Below are positions 31,348-42,524 of a DNA stretch of 59,491 bases, one piece after another. Location: the NCBI GenBank assembly GCA_030141605.1, contig JAQGDQ010002413.1, positions 1 through 59,491 on the forward strand, read 5' to 3'. Under the pieces are notes generated by a model. It ran no database searches and was not told where the DNA came from. It worked only from the letters and a program-made list of their open reading frames with translations. The DNA comes from Tubiluchus corallicola. Taxonomy: Eukaryota; Animalia; Priapulida. The position numbers and the translations under genes were made by a program. The first letter of the stretch is position 1, and the number at the start of each line of letters is the position of its first letter.

Positions 31348-31420
31348 ACTATATTTTCAATAAATTTGTAAAAAGAGTCGCCCTTCATTTGCACACTTTG
31401 CACATAAATATGTAAAACGA

Positions 31421-31537
31421 GGCACCTCTGCAAAGCAAAAAACCTTTGACTCGGATGGAGATAAGATTTAAATTTGCTGGTATAAATAAGAGTTTTGAAA
31501 AAAATAATCAATAAAATATAAGTCTTATAAAGAGCTC
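31421..31537 (+). mobile_element. Second degenerate MITE-like copy
   Basis: GGCACCTCTGCAAAGCAAAAAACCTTTGA ... AGTCTTATAAAGAGCTC resembles both ends of 31206-31347. Confidence 0.5.
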
Positions 31538-31583
31538 AGGACATACCTGCTCATTATACTTCCAACACCAAAATATACTTTAA

Positions 31584-32633
31584 ATGAAAAAACCTATAAT
31601 AACAGCACTTGCATCATATGGAATGTCCGGCCAGGTATTTCACGCCCCTTTTCTGGCTGTAGACAACAAATTCAAAATCGACAAAATACTTGAGAGAACA
31701 AAAAACCTATCAAAGGAGAGGTATCCGGACTCTAAAATAGTCAGGTCATATAATGACATATTAAATGATAAAAATGTTGAGCTGGTAATAGTAAACACAC
31801 CGGACCACCTGCACTTTGAAATGGCAAAACAGGCTCTTGATGCCGGAAAGCACGTAGTAATAGAAAAGCCTTTTACCCACACAACAAAGGAAGCTACAGA
31901 ATTGATAAACTTAGCAGAATCCAGAAGAGTACTGCTTACCGTTTATCAAAACAGAAGACTTGATGGCGATTTTATGACTGTGAAGAAAATTATTGAATCA
32001 GGAAAACTTGGACAACTGGTTGAATTCGAATCACACTATGACCGTTACCGCAACTTTATACAGGCCAACACATGGAAAGAGAAAGGCAATAAATATGCGG
32101 GTGTTCTCTTTAACCTTGGCTCACATATGGTTGATCAGGCGTTGGTGCTATTTGGGAAGCCCTCAGCGGTAACCTCACACCTTCAGGTCAACCGCCCCGG
32201 TAGCACCATAACGGATTATTATGACATACGCCTCCACTATGGTGATTTTAACGCACTTATAAAATGCTCATACCTTGTAAGAGAGGCTGGACCTAGATAC
32301 GCTTTGCATGGTACAAATGGCTCATTCATAAAGTGGGGTATTGACCCTCAGGAAGAGATGCTAAAGATCGGTCGCCTACCTAACGAAGAAGGCTGGGGAA
32401 AGGAAACTAAAGATAAGTGGGGTATCATAAACACCACAACTGACGACCTGCACATAGAAGGAGTGATAGAGACAGTGCCAGGCAACTATTCTGCATTTTA
32501 CGATAACCTTTACGATGCAATTAGAAGTAAAAAAGAGCTAATGGTAAAACCCGAGGAGGCAAGAGATGTAATATCTTTACTTGAAGCTTGTCTGCAAAGC
32601 AATGAAGAGGGGCGAACTGTAGAATTAAAATAA
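31584..32633 (+). CDS. Gfo/Idh/MocA-family oxidoreductase
   Basis: YGMSG.VFHAP, GKHVVIEKP, YQNRR.DGDF, NLGSHMVDQA. Confidence 0.92.
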   Translation: MKKPIITALASYGMSGQVFHAPFLAVDNKFKIDKILERTKNLSKERYPDSKIVRSYNDILNDKNVELVIVNTPDHLHFEMAKQALDAGKHVVIEKPFTHTTKEATELINLAESRRVLLTVYQNRRLDGDFMTVKKIIESGKLGQLVEFESHYDRYRNFIQANTWKEKGNKYAGVLFNLGSHMVDQALVLFGKPSAVTSHLQVNRPGSTITDYYDIRLHYGDFNALIKCSYLVREAGPRYALHGTNGSFIKWGIDPQEEMLKIGRLPNEEGWGKETKDKWGIINTTTDDLHIEGVIETVPGNYSAFYDNLYDAIRSKKELMVKPEEARDVISLLEACLQSNEEGRTVELK

Positions 32634-32725
32634 ATATTTCAAGCTAAATAAACAGGAGGGAAAATATAAACTAATAAAATTATTTAACCCTAAAACTTTC
32701 CTACTTTTGCCAGGTAAGAAAAAAC

Positions 32726-33592
32726 ATGATGAAACAATTTATTGTTAACTATGCCAACCTGGTTAAGCTTGGACATACTGTATTTGCACTACCTTTCGCA
32801 TTAATAGGTTTTTTCCTGGCTATCACCAGAACAGATAGTGTATTTACATGGGACACACTGTTAAAGGTCCTTTTATGTATGTTTTTTGCACGCAACTCAG
32901 CAATGGGATTCAACCGTTATCTGGATCGGAAAATTGATGCAGCTAACCCACGAACCTCAGGACGCGAAATCCCTGCCGGGCGAATAGCGCCAAGAAGCGC
33001 ACTATATTTTGTTCTTATAAACCTAGCACTATTCATCTTTGTAACGTGGTATATTAATCTTCTATGCTTCATGCTTTCTCCCGTAGCTCTTATTGTGATT
33101 CTTGGATACAGCTACACGAAAAGATTTACGCCTTTATGCCATTTTGTCCTTAGTGCAGGGCTGGCACTCGCTCCGGTTGGCGCATACCTCGCTGTCACAG
33201 GAGAATTTAACACTCTACCTTTACTTTTTTCACTCATCGTGCTTTTCTGGGTAAGTGGCTTTGATATTATTTACTCATGCATGGATATAAGCTTCGACAA
33301 ACAGAACGGGTTAAAAAGTGTTCCCACCCTTATTGGCGTAAGCAAATCACTCTCCCTGTCTGCCCTAATGCACTCATTAACTATTATTTTTACTCTAATC
33401 GCCGGATTTATTGTTGCATCTGGAGCACTATACTGGATTGGAGCACTGCTATTTGCTGTGCTGCTTTATTACCAGCACAGCACCATAAAAAAACAGAGCT
33501 TAAACAGTGTAGGACAAACCTTTGGAATAATTAACGGCACTGCAGGTTCTTTATTTGCTGCCTTTGTTATTGCCTCGCTATATATAAAATAG
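32726..33592 (+). CDS. UbiA-family prenyltransferase (MqnP-like)
   Basis: HTVFALPFA, ARNSAMGFNR..DR.ID..NPRT..REIP, YSYTKRFT, GFDIIY...D..FD. Confidence 0.9.
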   Translation: MMKQFIVNYANLVKLGHTVFALPFALIGFFLAITRTDSVFTWDTLLKVLLCMFFARNSAMGFNRYLDRKIDAANPRTSGREIPAGRIAPRSALYFVLINLALFIFVTWYINLLCFMLSPVALIVILGYSYTKRFTPLCHFVLSAGLALAPVGAYLAVTGEFNTLPLLFSLIVLFWVSGFDIIYSCMDISFDKQNGLKSVPTLIGVSKSLSLSALMHSLTIIFTLIAGFIVASGALYWIGALLFAVLLYYQHSTIKKQSLNSVGQTFGIINGTAGSLFAAFVIASLYIK

Positions 33593-33604
33593 CGGCTACG
33601 CTTA

Positions 33605-35428
33605 TCAAAACTTATAATTAAACCCTATATTCATCACCTCCATAAGCTGCCACTTTGTTGTTGTATCTCCCGTCTCGTTCCCTTCACTATCAAGTATGGG
33701 AAACTTAACATTCTCATCAAAAATGATATTGACTGCAAGCCTGACATCAATATATTGGGTAGCCTGTATAACCAATAGCTGATCCCATATTACATTTAAG
33801 TTTTTATCTGACTTCACGTAGCCTCTAAATATTTCGGCTTTCGTCTCATACCTTATATTTTCACGAAACTGCCTCTTATAATTACACTTCATAATCATAC
33901 CCGGCTGCCGCAGTAGTGTTGTTCCGGGCTCCAAGCCATACCTAGTAGGATCAATATTGCTATTGCTTACATATGTTACTTTTGTAGTAATAGGAGATAT
34001 AAACAGAGAAAAATCCTTGTTCGGATTATAATCCAGCCCAATAGAAAATGTCAAATAGCCGGGAGACATAAATGCAGATATTGGTACTTCATCCTCAACA
34101 TTTTTGTAACCAAGCCCCCACTGAGTGCGAAAATTACTCTCCGCCGAATAATACCACTTTTTAAATGCAGAATAACCAAACCTTGACTGCACCTCCATTT
34201 TATCATCGCTTTTATTGAAGAAACCTCCGGAAAGATAGCCTCCATAGCGAACCTCAAAATCATTCTCCCACTTTACATTATCACTCAAATGATAAACCTT
34301 ATACTTACCTACCAGCAAGCAAGAGCCTGATGGCTCACCCCCTCGTGCCCAATTGGCCATCGCCACCTGGCTAATCCCGACAGAGACCTCCCCTCCCATA
34401 TCCCACGGATAAGCTTTCGGTGTCTCAAGCTTTATCTCCTTTAAAGACCTGTCAACCGTCCTCTCCTTAAGCCGTGCTCCTTTGAATTGAGTTTTTGAAA
34501 AACGCGCAAGTCGCACTCCATCGTCAATTATTATTTGAACATCTCCTTTTCCTGTATTCCTTAAAACAACGCCCAAAGAATCATTCTGCTCATTCTTCAA
34601 ATAAAAACGGACTGGTTTTTTATCCATGTTGGCCGTCCATACCTCAGAAGTATCTCCAGAAATATTACTGACTCTTAAAAGTACCGAATCAGCTTCAGCA
34701 TAGCGAGTAAGATAATCCAGTGCAAACCGCACAGAATCATTAATATTCTCTACAGCCTGATCGTTATAACTACAAAGCAGTTCAAAATTTTGCCACTCAA
34801 CAGCTGCTTCATATCGCTTTGCATCAACACCCACAATAGAGTCTATATAGCTTTCACGAAATTTCTGTGATACAGAATCCCGAAAAACTGCCTCTAGTGA
34901 ATCATTATACATTTTTAAGTGTGGATAAAAATCAAACACAGGCATTAGACCCGCTTTCAACTCAATATCGTCAAATAGTTCATCGGGAACAGGGATATGT
35001 ATCTTTTGGAGACTGTCAGTAACAACAGAAGCTCTCTCCTTAACCATTTTATCTAGCTCGTCAGGCATAATGTAACCCGAAACAGGCTCAAAGTCTTTTA
35101 TATCCTGTGGGTTACGATCAAAAATAAACACTACGCTATTGTCATCCAATAACCTGTTCATATCTATAGCAATAGTATCAATGGGTGCATTCTCTGCATG
35201 ATCCAGTATACCTTTTATTGGTTTTTGGTAGGCACTGTCAGTAACATACCACTCACCACCTGAATACAGGAGCCTTCCCACTACTCCCATACTCCACCTC
35301 AAAGTATCAAAGGTCTCCTTATAGTCTTTCTTCTCAACTCTACTTTGAGAATATCCTACTTGAGAAATACTTAGGGAAAAAAGTAGTAATCCACACCCCA
35401 GTAATATGCTTGAAATACTTTTTGACAT
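33605..35428 (-). CDS. DUF3078-type outer-membrane protein
   Basis: Signal peptide; SQ....NW..GG, KSDD, FRTQW..GY, FMSPGYL..SIG.DY, terminal YKF. Confidence 0.75.
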   Translation of the reverse strand: MSKSISSILLGCGLLLFSLSISQVGYSQSRVEKKDYKETFDTLRWSMGVVGRLLYSGGEWYVTDSAYQKPIKGILDHAENAPIDTIAIDMNRLLDDNSVVFIFDRNPQDIKDFEPVSGYIMPDELDKMVKERASVVTDSLQKIHIPVPDELFDDIELKAGLMPVFDFYPHLKMYNDSLEAVFRDSVSQKFRESYIDSIVGVDAKRYEAAVEWQNFELLCSYNDQAVENINDSVRFALDYLTRYAEADSVLLRVSNISGDTSEVWTANMDKKPVRFYLKNEQNDSLGVVLRNTGKGDVQIIIDDGVRLARFSKTQFKGARLKERTVDRSLKEIKLETPKAYPWDMGGEVSVGISQVAMANWARGGEPSGSCLLVGKYKVYHLSDNVKWENDFEVRYGGYLSGGFFNKSDDKMEVQSRFGYSAFKKWYYSAESNFRTQWGLGYKNVEDEVPISAFMSPGYLTFSIGLDYNPNKDFSLFISPITTKVTYVSNSNIDPTRYGLEPGTTLLRQPGMIMKCNYKRQFRENIRYETKAEIFRGYVKSDKNLNVIWDQLLVIQATQYIDVRLAVNIIFDENVKFPILDSEGNETGDTTTKWQLMEVMNIGFNYKF

Positions 35429-35597
35429 AAAATATGATCACATTAAAATACTTCTACAAAAGTAAAACTTTGAATGATATTCCACAATTTTATATTTGAG
35501 ATTGCAACAGTTATACTTTGCTGTTTAAAATCTTTTGATTTGATTACCCAAGAAAGTCTGCTAATTTTACACAAAAATTCCCATTTGAAAATAATCA

Positions 35598-36965
35598 ATG
35601 GCCAGAGAACTATTTTTAATGTATTTTATGCTTGCTGCTTGCAGAAGTAAAAAAGCTCATACAACCTGCAACTTTGATAAATACCCGTTAAGCAAGCTCT
35701 ATCTTAGGCGTCTTCTTGCCGGAGTAAGTATTTTTCTCATTAGTATGCAGGTTGCTCTCTCTCAGCACGAAAGTTCTGATAATATTTATATTGATTCTAT
35801 CGCAATTGAAAAAAACTGGTACACTCGAGATAAAATTATACTCAGAGAACTGGATTTTACAGCAAAAGAAACTGTTTCAAAACAACAGATGGAGACTGCT
35901 GTCGTAAGAATCTGGAATATCGGCAACTTTGTTGATGTCGGATATAACATTGACACTCTCGAAGACAAATCAGTTGTAATGAGAATATTAGCAAGGGATG
36001 CCTTTACCATCATGCCTATTGTAGGTTTTAGCGGCAGCAATGAAGATAACGTTAAAGAATTGGGAATTTATGATAGTAATTTTCTTGGGAGAAATATTAA
36101 CTTCAGAATTGAAAGTAAGTTTGGAACACTTAGAAATAATTATGATTTAAATTTCGCTTTACCCAGGCAAATGCTGTATGGTAATATGACCTTATCATTC
36201 ACAGCATCTGTAGGAAAGTTTCAAAACTATCGCTATTCAGAAGGTGAAAAAATATCAGGAGTTGGATACTCTGCAGACCTGCTTTCTTTGGATATTGGGA
36301 ACCCTTACCATGAGGACTTTTACTATACATTTTCCCCTGACATTGGATTATCACTATTTCAGCATAAAACGAACAGCTCCCTAATAACTGAAGGAGTTGC
36401 AACATGTGATGATTATAATGTGAGCTACCTGAGCATCTCTGTTAGTGAATCTATTGGCATAGTAAATAAGATGCGCCACCAACAATACGGAGCTTTGGCG
36501 AGTATGAGCCACACCTTTGGAATAGGGTTAAATAACGAGAGCCTTTTCTACTACTCGCTGGACTTTGAAGCGCAGTATCATAAACTTTTCAATAAAGTAG
36601 TACAATTTAGCTCATCTTTCAATAGCTCCTATACAACCAGCAATCTTCCTTCACTAATCTACTACAGGGGTGCATCCGATGTCCTTGGTATAAGGACTGG
36701 GGAAATTTCGGGAAAGGCTTTTTACTCAGCATATATAGGAGGGCACTTCACCTATCTCAATAAAAACTGGGGCGCAATAGAACATTCCGTATATGTAAAC
36801 TGGGGTAATGGAAACGACAACTACCTCAGCATTTATACAACAAAACCAATCGTTGGTGTTGGCACCGGGCTACAACTTATGATTCCTACAGTCCCTTGGA
36901 TGGTAGTACATGTAAACTTCAGTTATACAGGTAAAAACAGCAACTGGCTTCACATTCAAATATAG
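35598..36965 (+). CDS. POTRA-domain outer-membrane protein (start uncertain)
   Basis: I.SI.I..N..TR..IILREL.F, N.G.F..V, YDSNFLGRN; beta-rich C-terminus. Confidence 0.65.
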   Translation: MARELFLMYFMLAACRSKKAHTTCNFDKYPLSKLYLRRLLAGVSIFLISMQVALSQHESSDNIYIDSIAIEKNWYTRDKIILRELDFTAKETVSKQQMETAVVRIWNIGNFVDVGYNIDTLEDKSVVMRILARDAFTIMPIVGFSGSNEDNVKELGIYDSNFLGRNINFRIESKFGTLRNNYDLNFALPRQMLYGNMTLSFTASVGKFQNYRYSEGEKISGVGYSADLLSLDIGNPYHEDFYYTFSPDIGLSLFQHKTNSSLITEGVATCDDYNVSYLSISVSESIGIVNKMRHQQYGALASMSHTFGIGLNNESLFYYSLDFEAQYHKLFNKVVQFSSSFNSSYTTSNLPSLIYYRGASDVLGIRTGEISGKAFYSAYIGGHFTYLNKNWGAIEHSVYVNWGNGNDNYLSIYTTKPIVGVGTGLQLMIPTVPWMVVHVNFSYTGKNSNWLHIQI

Positions 36966-36979
36966 CTTGAACCGATAAC

Positions 36980-39172
36980 TTAAAGCCTGTACTCTATACA
37001 ACCTTTTACTTGTCGACCAGGCATATTATACCCATCTTTTTCTGCGTAGTTTTCGTCCAGTAAATTAGAGATAGCTAACTTTAATGCCCAGTTACTGTTA
37101 AAAGCGTATGCTATCGAATAGTCAAAAACTAAAGATACGGGATATCTCAAAATCATATCACTCTCAACATACCCTCCCCCTGTATAATAATCTCCAGGAG
37201 TGATGTCCGGACGAAAATAACTGAAATCATCCTCTCCCAGGCGGCGTCCAATATACCTACCATGCAGCCTGGTTGAAAACCCATTTTTGTTTTTGTAATA
37301 TATCCCAAAATTTCCACTGAGCTGCTGGACATGTCTCATATACTGAACAACGATACTATCTCTTTCTGTACTTGATCTCAGCGTCTGTACAACACTTGCA
37401 TTAACCATAAACGTCCAGTTTGAGTATAACTCCAATATAAATCTATTATCAAAAAAACAGCCCAAATTTACAACCGAAACCACTTCAATACCACTCATAT
37501 CCGACTCATCTGCATTAATATATGTCTTCTCTCCGGTACTTAGCCCTCTCTCTACAATTTTATCATAATGTTTTGTTTGAAACCAGGTTATATCAACACT
37601 CAGACCCTTTCCTGCAAGAGTGTATTTCGCTCCTATATCGTACGAGCGGGACCTCTCGGGCCTCAGGGCAGGATTGCCAACATATAATTGCTCCCAACCC
37701 CATTCCGGCATTGAAACCTTATACTCACCGGCAACTTTATAAGCGTCAGGAACAACAAATGCCGTTCCAAATGAAGAGTGTATCCTGAACCCTTCCAAAG
37801 GCCTATACTGTACCCCAACCCCAGGATTAAAGGTATTATAACTCTCACTGGCTCCCAGTGCACTCATCAAGTCGCTTTGCACTATATGGTAAGAAAAATG
37901 GTCATAGCGCACCCCTCCATTTATATCAAAACTGTTGTTTGAATAGGTGAGCTGCATAAAGCCTCCTACATTACTATTTTGGTTGTCGGGCACATATGGA
38001 GATTCAGGAGTGCCATCTGCCCCAAATCTCTCCGACTTATATCTGTCAATACCATAATCAACTCCAACAGCTACTTTCATGTCTGGGAGTTCAAAACTAT
38101 CCTGCAGCCTAAAGCCATACTTTGTTATACAGCTCTCAAAATTGATAAACCCAGCATCCGAATTATCTGAATAGTTCGGATCTTCTACCCTTGTATAATA
38201 AGGTGCGAGCATAAATAGATTACTACCACGCTTCCGCTCAATATGCCCATAAATATTCAGATTGTCAATATCCTTCTTTGTTTGCTCGTACCCTCCCCAA
38301 TAATTACCTGGGACACCTACATCTTCCGCAAAGGTATACATAACCTCTGTGCCAACTCTCCAATAACTGCTTACCTGCCAATCAAGCATCCCGTTTACAC
38401 TCTTTAGCTCAAAAGCTGAGTTCTGCATTATGTCACCATACGAATTTTTATCAAGCATAAGCACCTCCTGCGCAGACACTTCTAGTAGATTTCTTTTCCC
38501 AATGCGATAGTTCTTTCTCTGCTCTTGTTGTGAAAAACCCAGTGCAAACATAAGGTCCTTTGATAAACTTCCGCCAGCAGAGGCTTTAATCCCAAAACTA
38601 CCAAAACTCCCTCCTTCTAAAGAAAAACTTCCATGAGGCTCTCTTTTCCCCCGCTGAGTAATAATATTTATTACTCCACCCATGGCATCGGAACCGTACA
38701 AAACAGAATATGCCCCCTTCACAACCTCTACCCGCTCAACATTATCCATGCTAATAGATGCTATATTGGTTGTTCCGGCCGGACTGCCATTGATGAGAAT
38801 AAGAGTATATCCTCTGGTTAATGCTGCAGGAGAGAACCCCCTCATACCAACAGTTGCAATTAACCCGGGATACTGAAGAATATCAAGATTTGAAGATCGC
38901 TTTAACGCCTCAGCGAGGTTTTCAGAAGGAATACTTTCTATAAGCTGAGAAGTAATAACCTCCACCTTTTGCGGAATACTTCTCAACTTACTATTAATGC
39001 GGGTTGCTTCTACAACCACTTCCTCTATATCATAATTTTTAAGTGTATCGCTTCCTGTGGTGGCGGCTACATCAAAAACAGCATGTAATAGTAAAAACAA
39101 CCAAGCACACCTATGCACTTTATATAAAATGCTTCTCTTAATTTTAATTGTTAAAATATGAGACCTTTGCAA
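36980..39172 (-). CDS. TonB-dependent receptor, probably BtuB-like; true start probably downstream of 39160
   Basis: EEVVVEATR, plug motif VERVEVVKGAYSVLYGSDAMGGVINIIT, GNPALRPE, NLLDENY...GY.MPGR; lies downstream of a B12 riboswitch operon. Confidence 0.85.
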   Translation of the reverse strand: MQRSHILTIKIKRSILYKVHRCAWLFLLLHAVFDVAATTGSDTLKNYDIEEVVVEATRINSKLRSIPQKVEVITSQLIESIPSENLAEALKRSSNLDILQYPGLIATVGMRGFSPAALTRGYTLILINGSPAGTTNIASISMDNVERVEVVKGAYSVLYGSDAMGGVINIITQRGKREPHGSFSLEGGSFGSFGIKASAGGSLSKDLMFALGFSQQEQRKNYRIGKRNLLEVSAQEVLMLDKNSYGDIMQNSAFELKSVNGMLDWQVSSYWRVGTEVMYTFAEDVGVPGNYWGGYEQTKKDIDNLNIYGHIERKRGSNLFMLAPYYTRVEDPNYSDNSDAGFINFESCITKYGFRLQDSFELPDMKVAVGVDYGIDRYKSERFGADGTPESPYVPDNQNSNVGGFMQLTYSNNSFDINGGVRYDHFSYHIVQSDLMSALGASESYNTFNPGVGVQYRPLEGFRIHSSFGTAFVVPDAYKVAGEYKVSMPEWGWEQLYVGNPALRPERSRSYDIGAKYTLAGKGLSVDITWFQTKHYDKIVERGLSTGEKTYINADESDMSGIEVVSVVNLGCFFDNRFILELYSNWTFMVNASVVQTLRSSTERDSIVVQYMRHVQQLSGNFGIYYKNKNGFSTRLHGRYIGRRLGEDDFSYFRPDITPGDYYTGGGYVESDMILRYPVSLVFDYSIAYAFNSNWALKLAISNLLDENYAEKDGYNMPGRQVKGCIEYRL

Positions 39173-39300
39173 AACTCATCTTTTTATTAATATTTTCTTC
39201 AAAATCCTCATTCACACCGGCAAACTATGGCTTCTCATCGAACATCTCCTTAACCTGCACCAAAATATTTTGTCCCGCAAAAAATCTCAAAACCTGATCA
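39160..39300 (-). repeat. Degenerate MITE-like repeat beginning GAGACCTTTGCAAAACTC
   Basis: Aligns by eye over ~130 bp with 55111-55240 and with the reverse complement of 31290-31347. Confidence 0.6.
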
Positions 39301-39359
39301 TCGGTGCCTAAAAAGCTGCTCTATGTAGTAACTGCCAGTTATAAATCTCATCACCATAG

Positions 39360-40175
39360 TTATATTGACAGTGTATCCGTCGGCTTACACACCCTACCTG
39401 AAATGGGAAAAACAACAGGCTTACCCGACAACGGGTTTTGCTGTGTTATAACAACTGTCTTATACACATCCTCAATGTTCTTATAGGTCAACACCTCATC
39501 AGGAGCTCCGTGAGAGTGTACACAACCATCATTCATCATTACAAGATAACTACAGTACTCTCCTGCCATATTCAGATCATGTATAATCATCAATACTGTA
39601 AGTTCCAATTCTGTATTAAGCCTGTGAATAAGATCCAGAATCATTGTCTGGTGCGATATATCAAGATGAGATGTTGGCTCATCAAGTAGCAGCAGACTAG
39701 GCTCCTGCGCTAGAGCCTTTGCTATTCCTGCCAACTGCTGCTCCCCTCCGCTCAACTCTGACATATACTTATCCCTTAACTGGTAAACACCTGTCAACTT
39801 CATATACTTATAAGCAATATCAAAATCACTGTCTCTTTCTAAAAACTGAAACCTCCGGGAGTAAGATATCCTTCCCATTAAAACATAGTCCGTAACTGTA
39901 ATAGCTGCAGGCTCAATAAACTGAGAAACGACAGCTATATTTCTGGCTCTTTCTCTAAAAGACATAAGCCCCAAATCCTTACCATCAATACTTACCGAGC
40001 CTGATTTAGCCTTTAGCTCATTGGTCACTCCCTTAAAAAGAGTTGTCTTTCCAGAACCGTTGGGACCTATGATCCCAGTAAAGCTTCCCCTATTAATAGA
40101 CAAACAGACGTTACTAATATGAAACCCTTTCCCATACCCGCACGTAAAACTTTCAATATTTAAAAATCCTTTCAT
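39360..40175 (-). CDS. ABC transporter ATP-binding protein (BtuD/FecE-like)
   Basis: GPNGSGKTT, LSGGEQQ, LLLDEPTSHLD, HDLN. Confidence 0.93.
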   Translation of the reverse strand: MKGFLNIESFTCGYGKGFHISNVCLSINRGSFTGIIGPNGSGKTTLFKGVTNELKAKSGSVSIDGKDLGLMSFRERARNIAVVSQFIEPAAITVTDYVLMGRISYSRRFQFLERDSDFDIAYKYMKLTGVYQLRDKYMSELSGGEQQLAGIAKALAQEPSLLLLDEPTSHLDISHQTMILDLIHRLNTELELTVLMIIHDLNMAGEYCSYLVMMNDGCVHSHGAPDEVLTYKNIEDVYKTVVITQQNPLSGKPVVFPISGRVCKPTDTLSI

Positions 40176-41236
40176 CTCCTTCTGTTAATACTCATTTTGT
40201 GTCTGCATATCATTACAATAAAAGCTACACCCCCTACTATACCTGTTATCACACCTACAGGTAAAACATTGGGTGCCACAATAGTATGAGCTACTGTATT
40301 GCATAATACAAGAAAACTTCCCCCAATAATAAACGACCCCGGCAGCAATATTCGGTGGTCGTTACCAACAAGCTGCCTTACCAGGTGAGGAATAACCAAC
40401 CCTACAAAGCCTATAACACCTGTTACCGAAACACACACCCCTGTAAGCAATGATGCAACTATAAAGAGAACACGTATCGATCTCTCTGTATCTATACCCA
40501 GATGCCGGGCTTCATTCTCACTAAGCCTCAATGCATTTAATGGTTTCACAAACATATATGAAAAGGCCAGCCCCAACAGTGATATAACAACCACACTATT
40601 TACAAGTAGCGGATTGGGCTCATCCAATGACCCCATTATCCAAAAAATTATACTGTAAAGGCTTTCAGATGTGGTAATGGACATTAAAAGCATCATCATA
40701 GCAGAAGACATAAAACTTATCATCACACCAATCAGCAGCATATTGTGGGCATTTATCCCACCCTTTTTAGTGCTTAGAACGTACACTAAAAAAATAGCTA
40801 ATACAGAGCCGGCAAAGCCTGCTGCCGGCAACATATAAACACTTATTATGTGATGTAACCCTAAAACAATGATTAATGTAACACCCAGGCCGGCACCTCC
40901 TGAAATACCAAGTGTATATGGCTCCACCAATGGATTTCGGTACACTCCCTGCAAAATTACTCCCGCAATGCTCAACCCTCCACCAACTGCCATCCCCAAA
41001 CAGATGCGTGGAAGCCTAAGCTTTGTTAAAATAGTGTACTCCATACTTCCCTCCCCATGTATAAGTATTTTCGGAATACTGAAAAATGGAATATTTAACT
41101 CTCCCGTTGATGCCGAATGTACAAACACAACAAATGACACAATACAAAATGCAATAAGCCACCCACCCCAAACAATAAGCCGTTTTCTCCCCATACGTTT
41201 TTTCATTGAAATATGTTTATTATTTAAGAGCCGCAC
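40172..41236 (-). CDS. FecCD/BtuC-family permease
   Basis: RLPR, Q...RNPLVEPY.LGISGGA, EARHLG, GVIGFVGLVIPH. Confidence 0.93.
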   Translation of the reverse strand: MRLLNNKHISMKKRMGRKRLIVWGGWLIAFCIVSFVVFVHSASTGELNIPFFSIPKILIHGEGSMEYTILTKLRLPRICLGMAVGGGLSIAGVILQGVYRNPLVEPYTLGISGGAGLGVTLIIVLGLHHIISVYMLPAAGFAGSVLAIFLVYVLSTKKGGINAHNMLLIGVMISFMSSAMMMLLMSITTSESLYSIIFWIMGSLDEPNPLLVNSVVVISLLGLAFSYMFVKPLNALRLSENEARHLGIDTERSIRVLFIVASLLTGVCVSVTGVIGFVGLVIPHLVRQLVGNDHRILLPGSFIIGGSFLVLCNTVAHTIVAPNVLPVGVITGIVGGVAFIVMICRHKMSINRRR

Positions 41237-42068
41237 CTGACTTTCGGTAAATAAAATTGACCATTTGCTCTACCATGTTCACAAATAGCCCGGGTGTTGG
41301 ACTGCAAGCATCATCAGTATCTATAGTAAATACCCTATTCTCTCTTACTGCCGACAAGTTTGGATACCTCTCCCACTCCAACTTCTCATCTTCCCCGGCA
41401 GCACCCATAACTGCGATAATAATAACATCAGGATCTTTTACTAAAACCCACTCCCGTGTAATAGCTCCCATTGTCAAGTCCGATGCTATATTTACACCAT
41501 TAGCGTAGCGTATATAATCGTCCGAGAAACTGTTTGGAATAGCTGTAAACAATGGCCTCGCTCCTATCTCAAAAAATATCCTGAGAGAATCTTCCGAAGG
41601 GATGGCACTCCTTATCTCTTTCAACCTGATATTCTCTCTCTCAACAATAGCTTTGGCCAGCTGTTCCTCACCAACAAGCTTTCCTATATCAATAAACTGA
41701 CTACATATTTCCTTGTACGACTTCGGCAAAGGATATACCTCAACCCTTACTCCGGAACTTTTAAGTACTGCAATAACTTCAGGTTTTGTTAACAATGAAG
41801 CAACAACCACATCCGGCCTCATAGATATTACTCTCTCTACACTCACATTCATCCCTGAAGCAACTATCCTTCCCTTGTCTGGGTGCACAATCCCACAGTA
41901 CTTTGTATATCCGAAAAGTTTATCCTCAGACCCCAACACGCATATACTTTTTGTTAATGATGGAGACAAAGAAACAATGCAGTTAACTTGGCCCTTAGCC
42001 CTCGTAACAAAAAATGACACAACGAAAAGTGTGAATATAGCAATGTTATAATAGCTGCTCTTTTTCAT
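41220..42068 (-). CDS. BtuF-like periplasmic binding protein
   Basis: IVSLSPSLT, VE.VI...PDVV, E.VL..DPDVII, AV..NRV. Confidence 0.88.
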   Translation of the reverse strand: MKKSSYYNIAIFTLFVVSFFVTRAKGQVNCIVSLSPSLTKSICVLGSEDKLFGYTKYCGIVHPDKGRIVASGMNVSVERVISMRPDVVVASLLTKPEVIAVLKSSGVRVEVYPLPKSYKEICSQFIDIGKLVGEEQLAKAIVERENIRLKEIRSAIPSEDSLRIFFEIGARPLFTAIPNSFSDDYIRYANGVNIASDLTMGAITREWVLVKDPDVIIIAVMGAAGEDEKLEWERYPNLSAVRENRVFTIDTDDACSPTPGLFVNMVEQMVNFIYRKSGAALK

Positions 42069-42159
42069 ACACTACATTAATTTTAACCTTCGGAAACACT
42101 ACATGTATTTAACAGCCTATCACGAATCTTAACCTCCCGAAGCTCGATTTTTTAAAGCA

Positions 42160-42365
42160 AATATGGCAGGTCTTCTGGCTCGTCCCGGTTTTCAGCGCCT
42201 TCCCATCTACATAACTTACAGACAGTGGCAGGGTATAGAAAAACCGCTTCCCAAAAAAGGGCGGACTTACAGCTGCGGGTACAGCTCCGGACTCCCTGTT
42301 AAAATAACAAGCCACCGGATTCCCATATTACGGATTTCCCTGAAAAGGAAAATTCCACCATACAG
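42160..42365 (-). ncRNA. Cobalamin riboswitch
   Basis: Minus strand reads AATATGGGAATCCGGTG...TCCGGAGCTGTACCCGCAGCTGTAA...GCCACTG...GGGAAGGC...AGCCAGAAGACCTGCC; ~90 bp upstream of the btuF-like gene. Confidence 0.93.
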
Positions 42366-42411
42366 TGCGAATTTACATCTTTAATTTTTAAAGAAGGTAA
42401 ACTTCAGCATA

Positions 42412-42524
42412 AAAACATGTAAAGAAGCTTAACTTACTGGCTTCCACGTTGAGGAGTCAAAAAAACCTTAACTTGTCAGTTAAATGAGAGTTTTGACAAA
42501 AATATTAATAGAGAGACAAGCCCC
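42412..42524. repeat. Left copy of the 113-bp target duplication of IS1634 copy 3
   Basis: Identical to 44172-44284. Confidence 0.95.

Noticed and set aside
42109-42384. Short ORFs 42109-42315 and 42163-42384
   Set aside because: They overlap the cobalamin riboswitch and are not protein-like.
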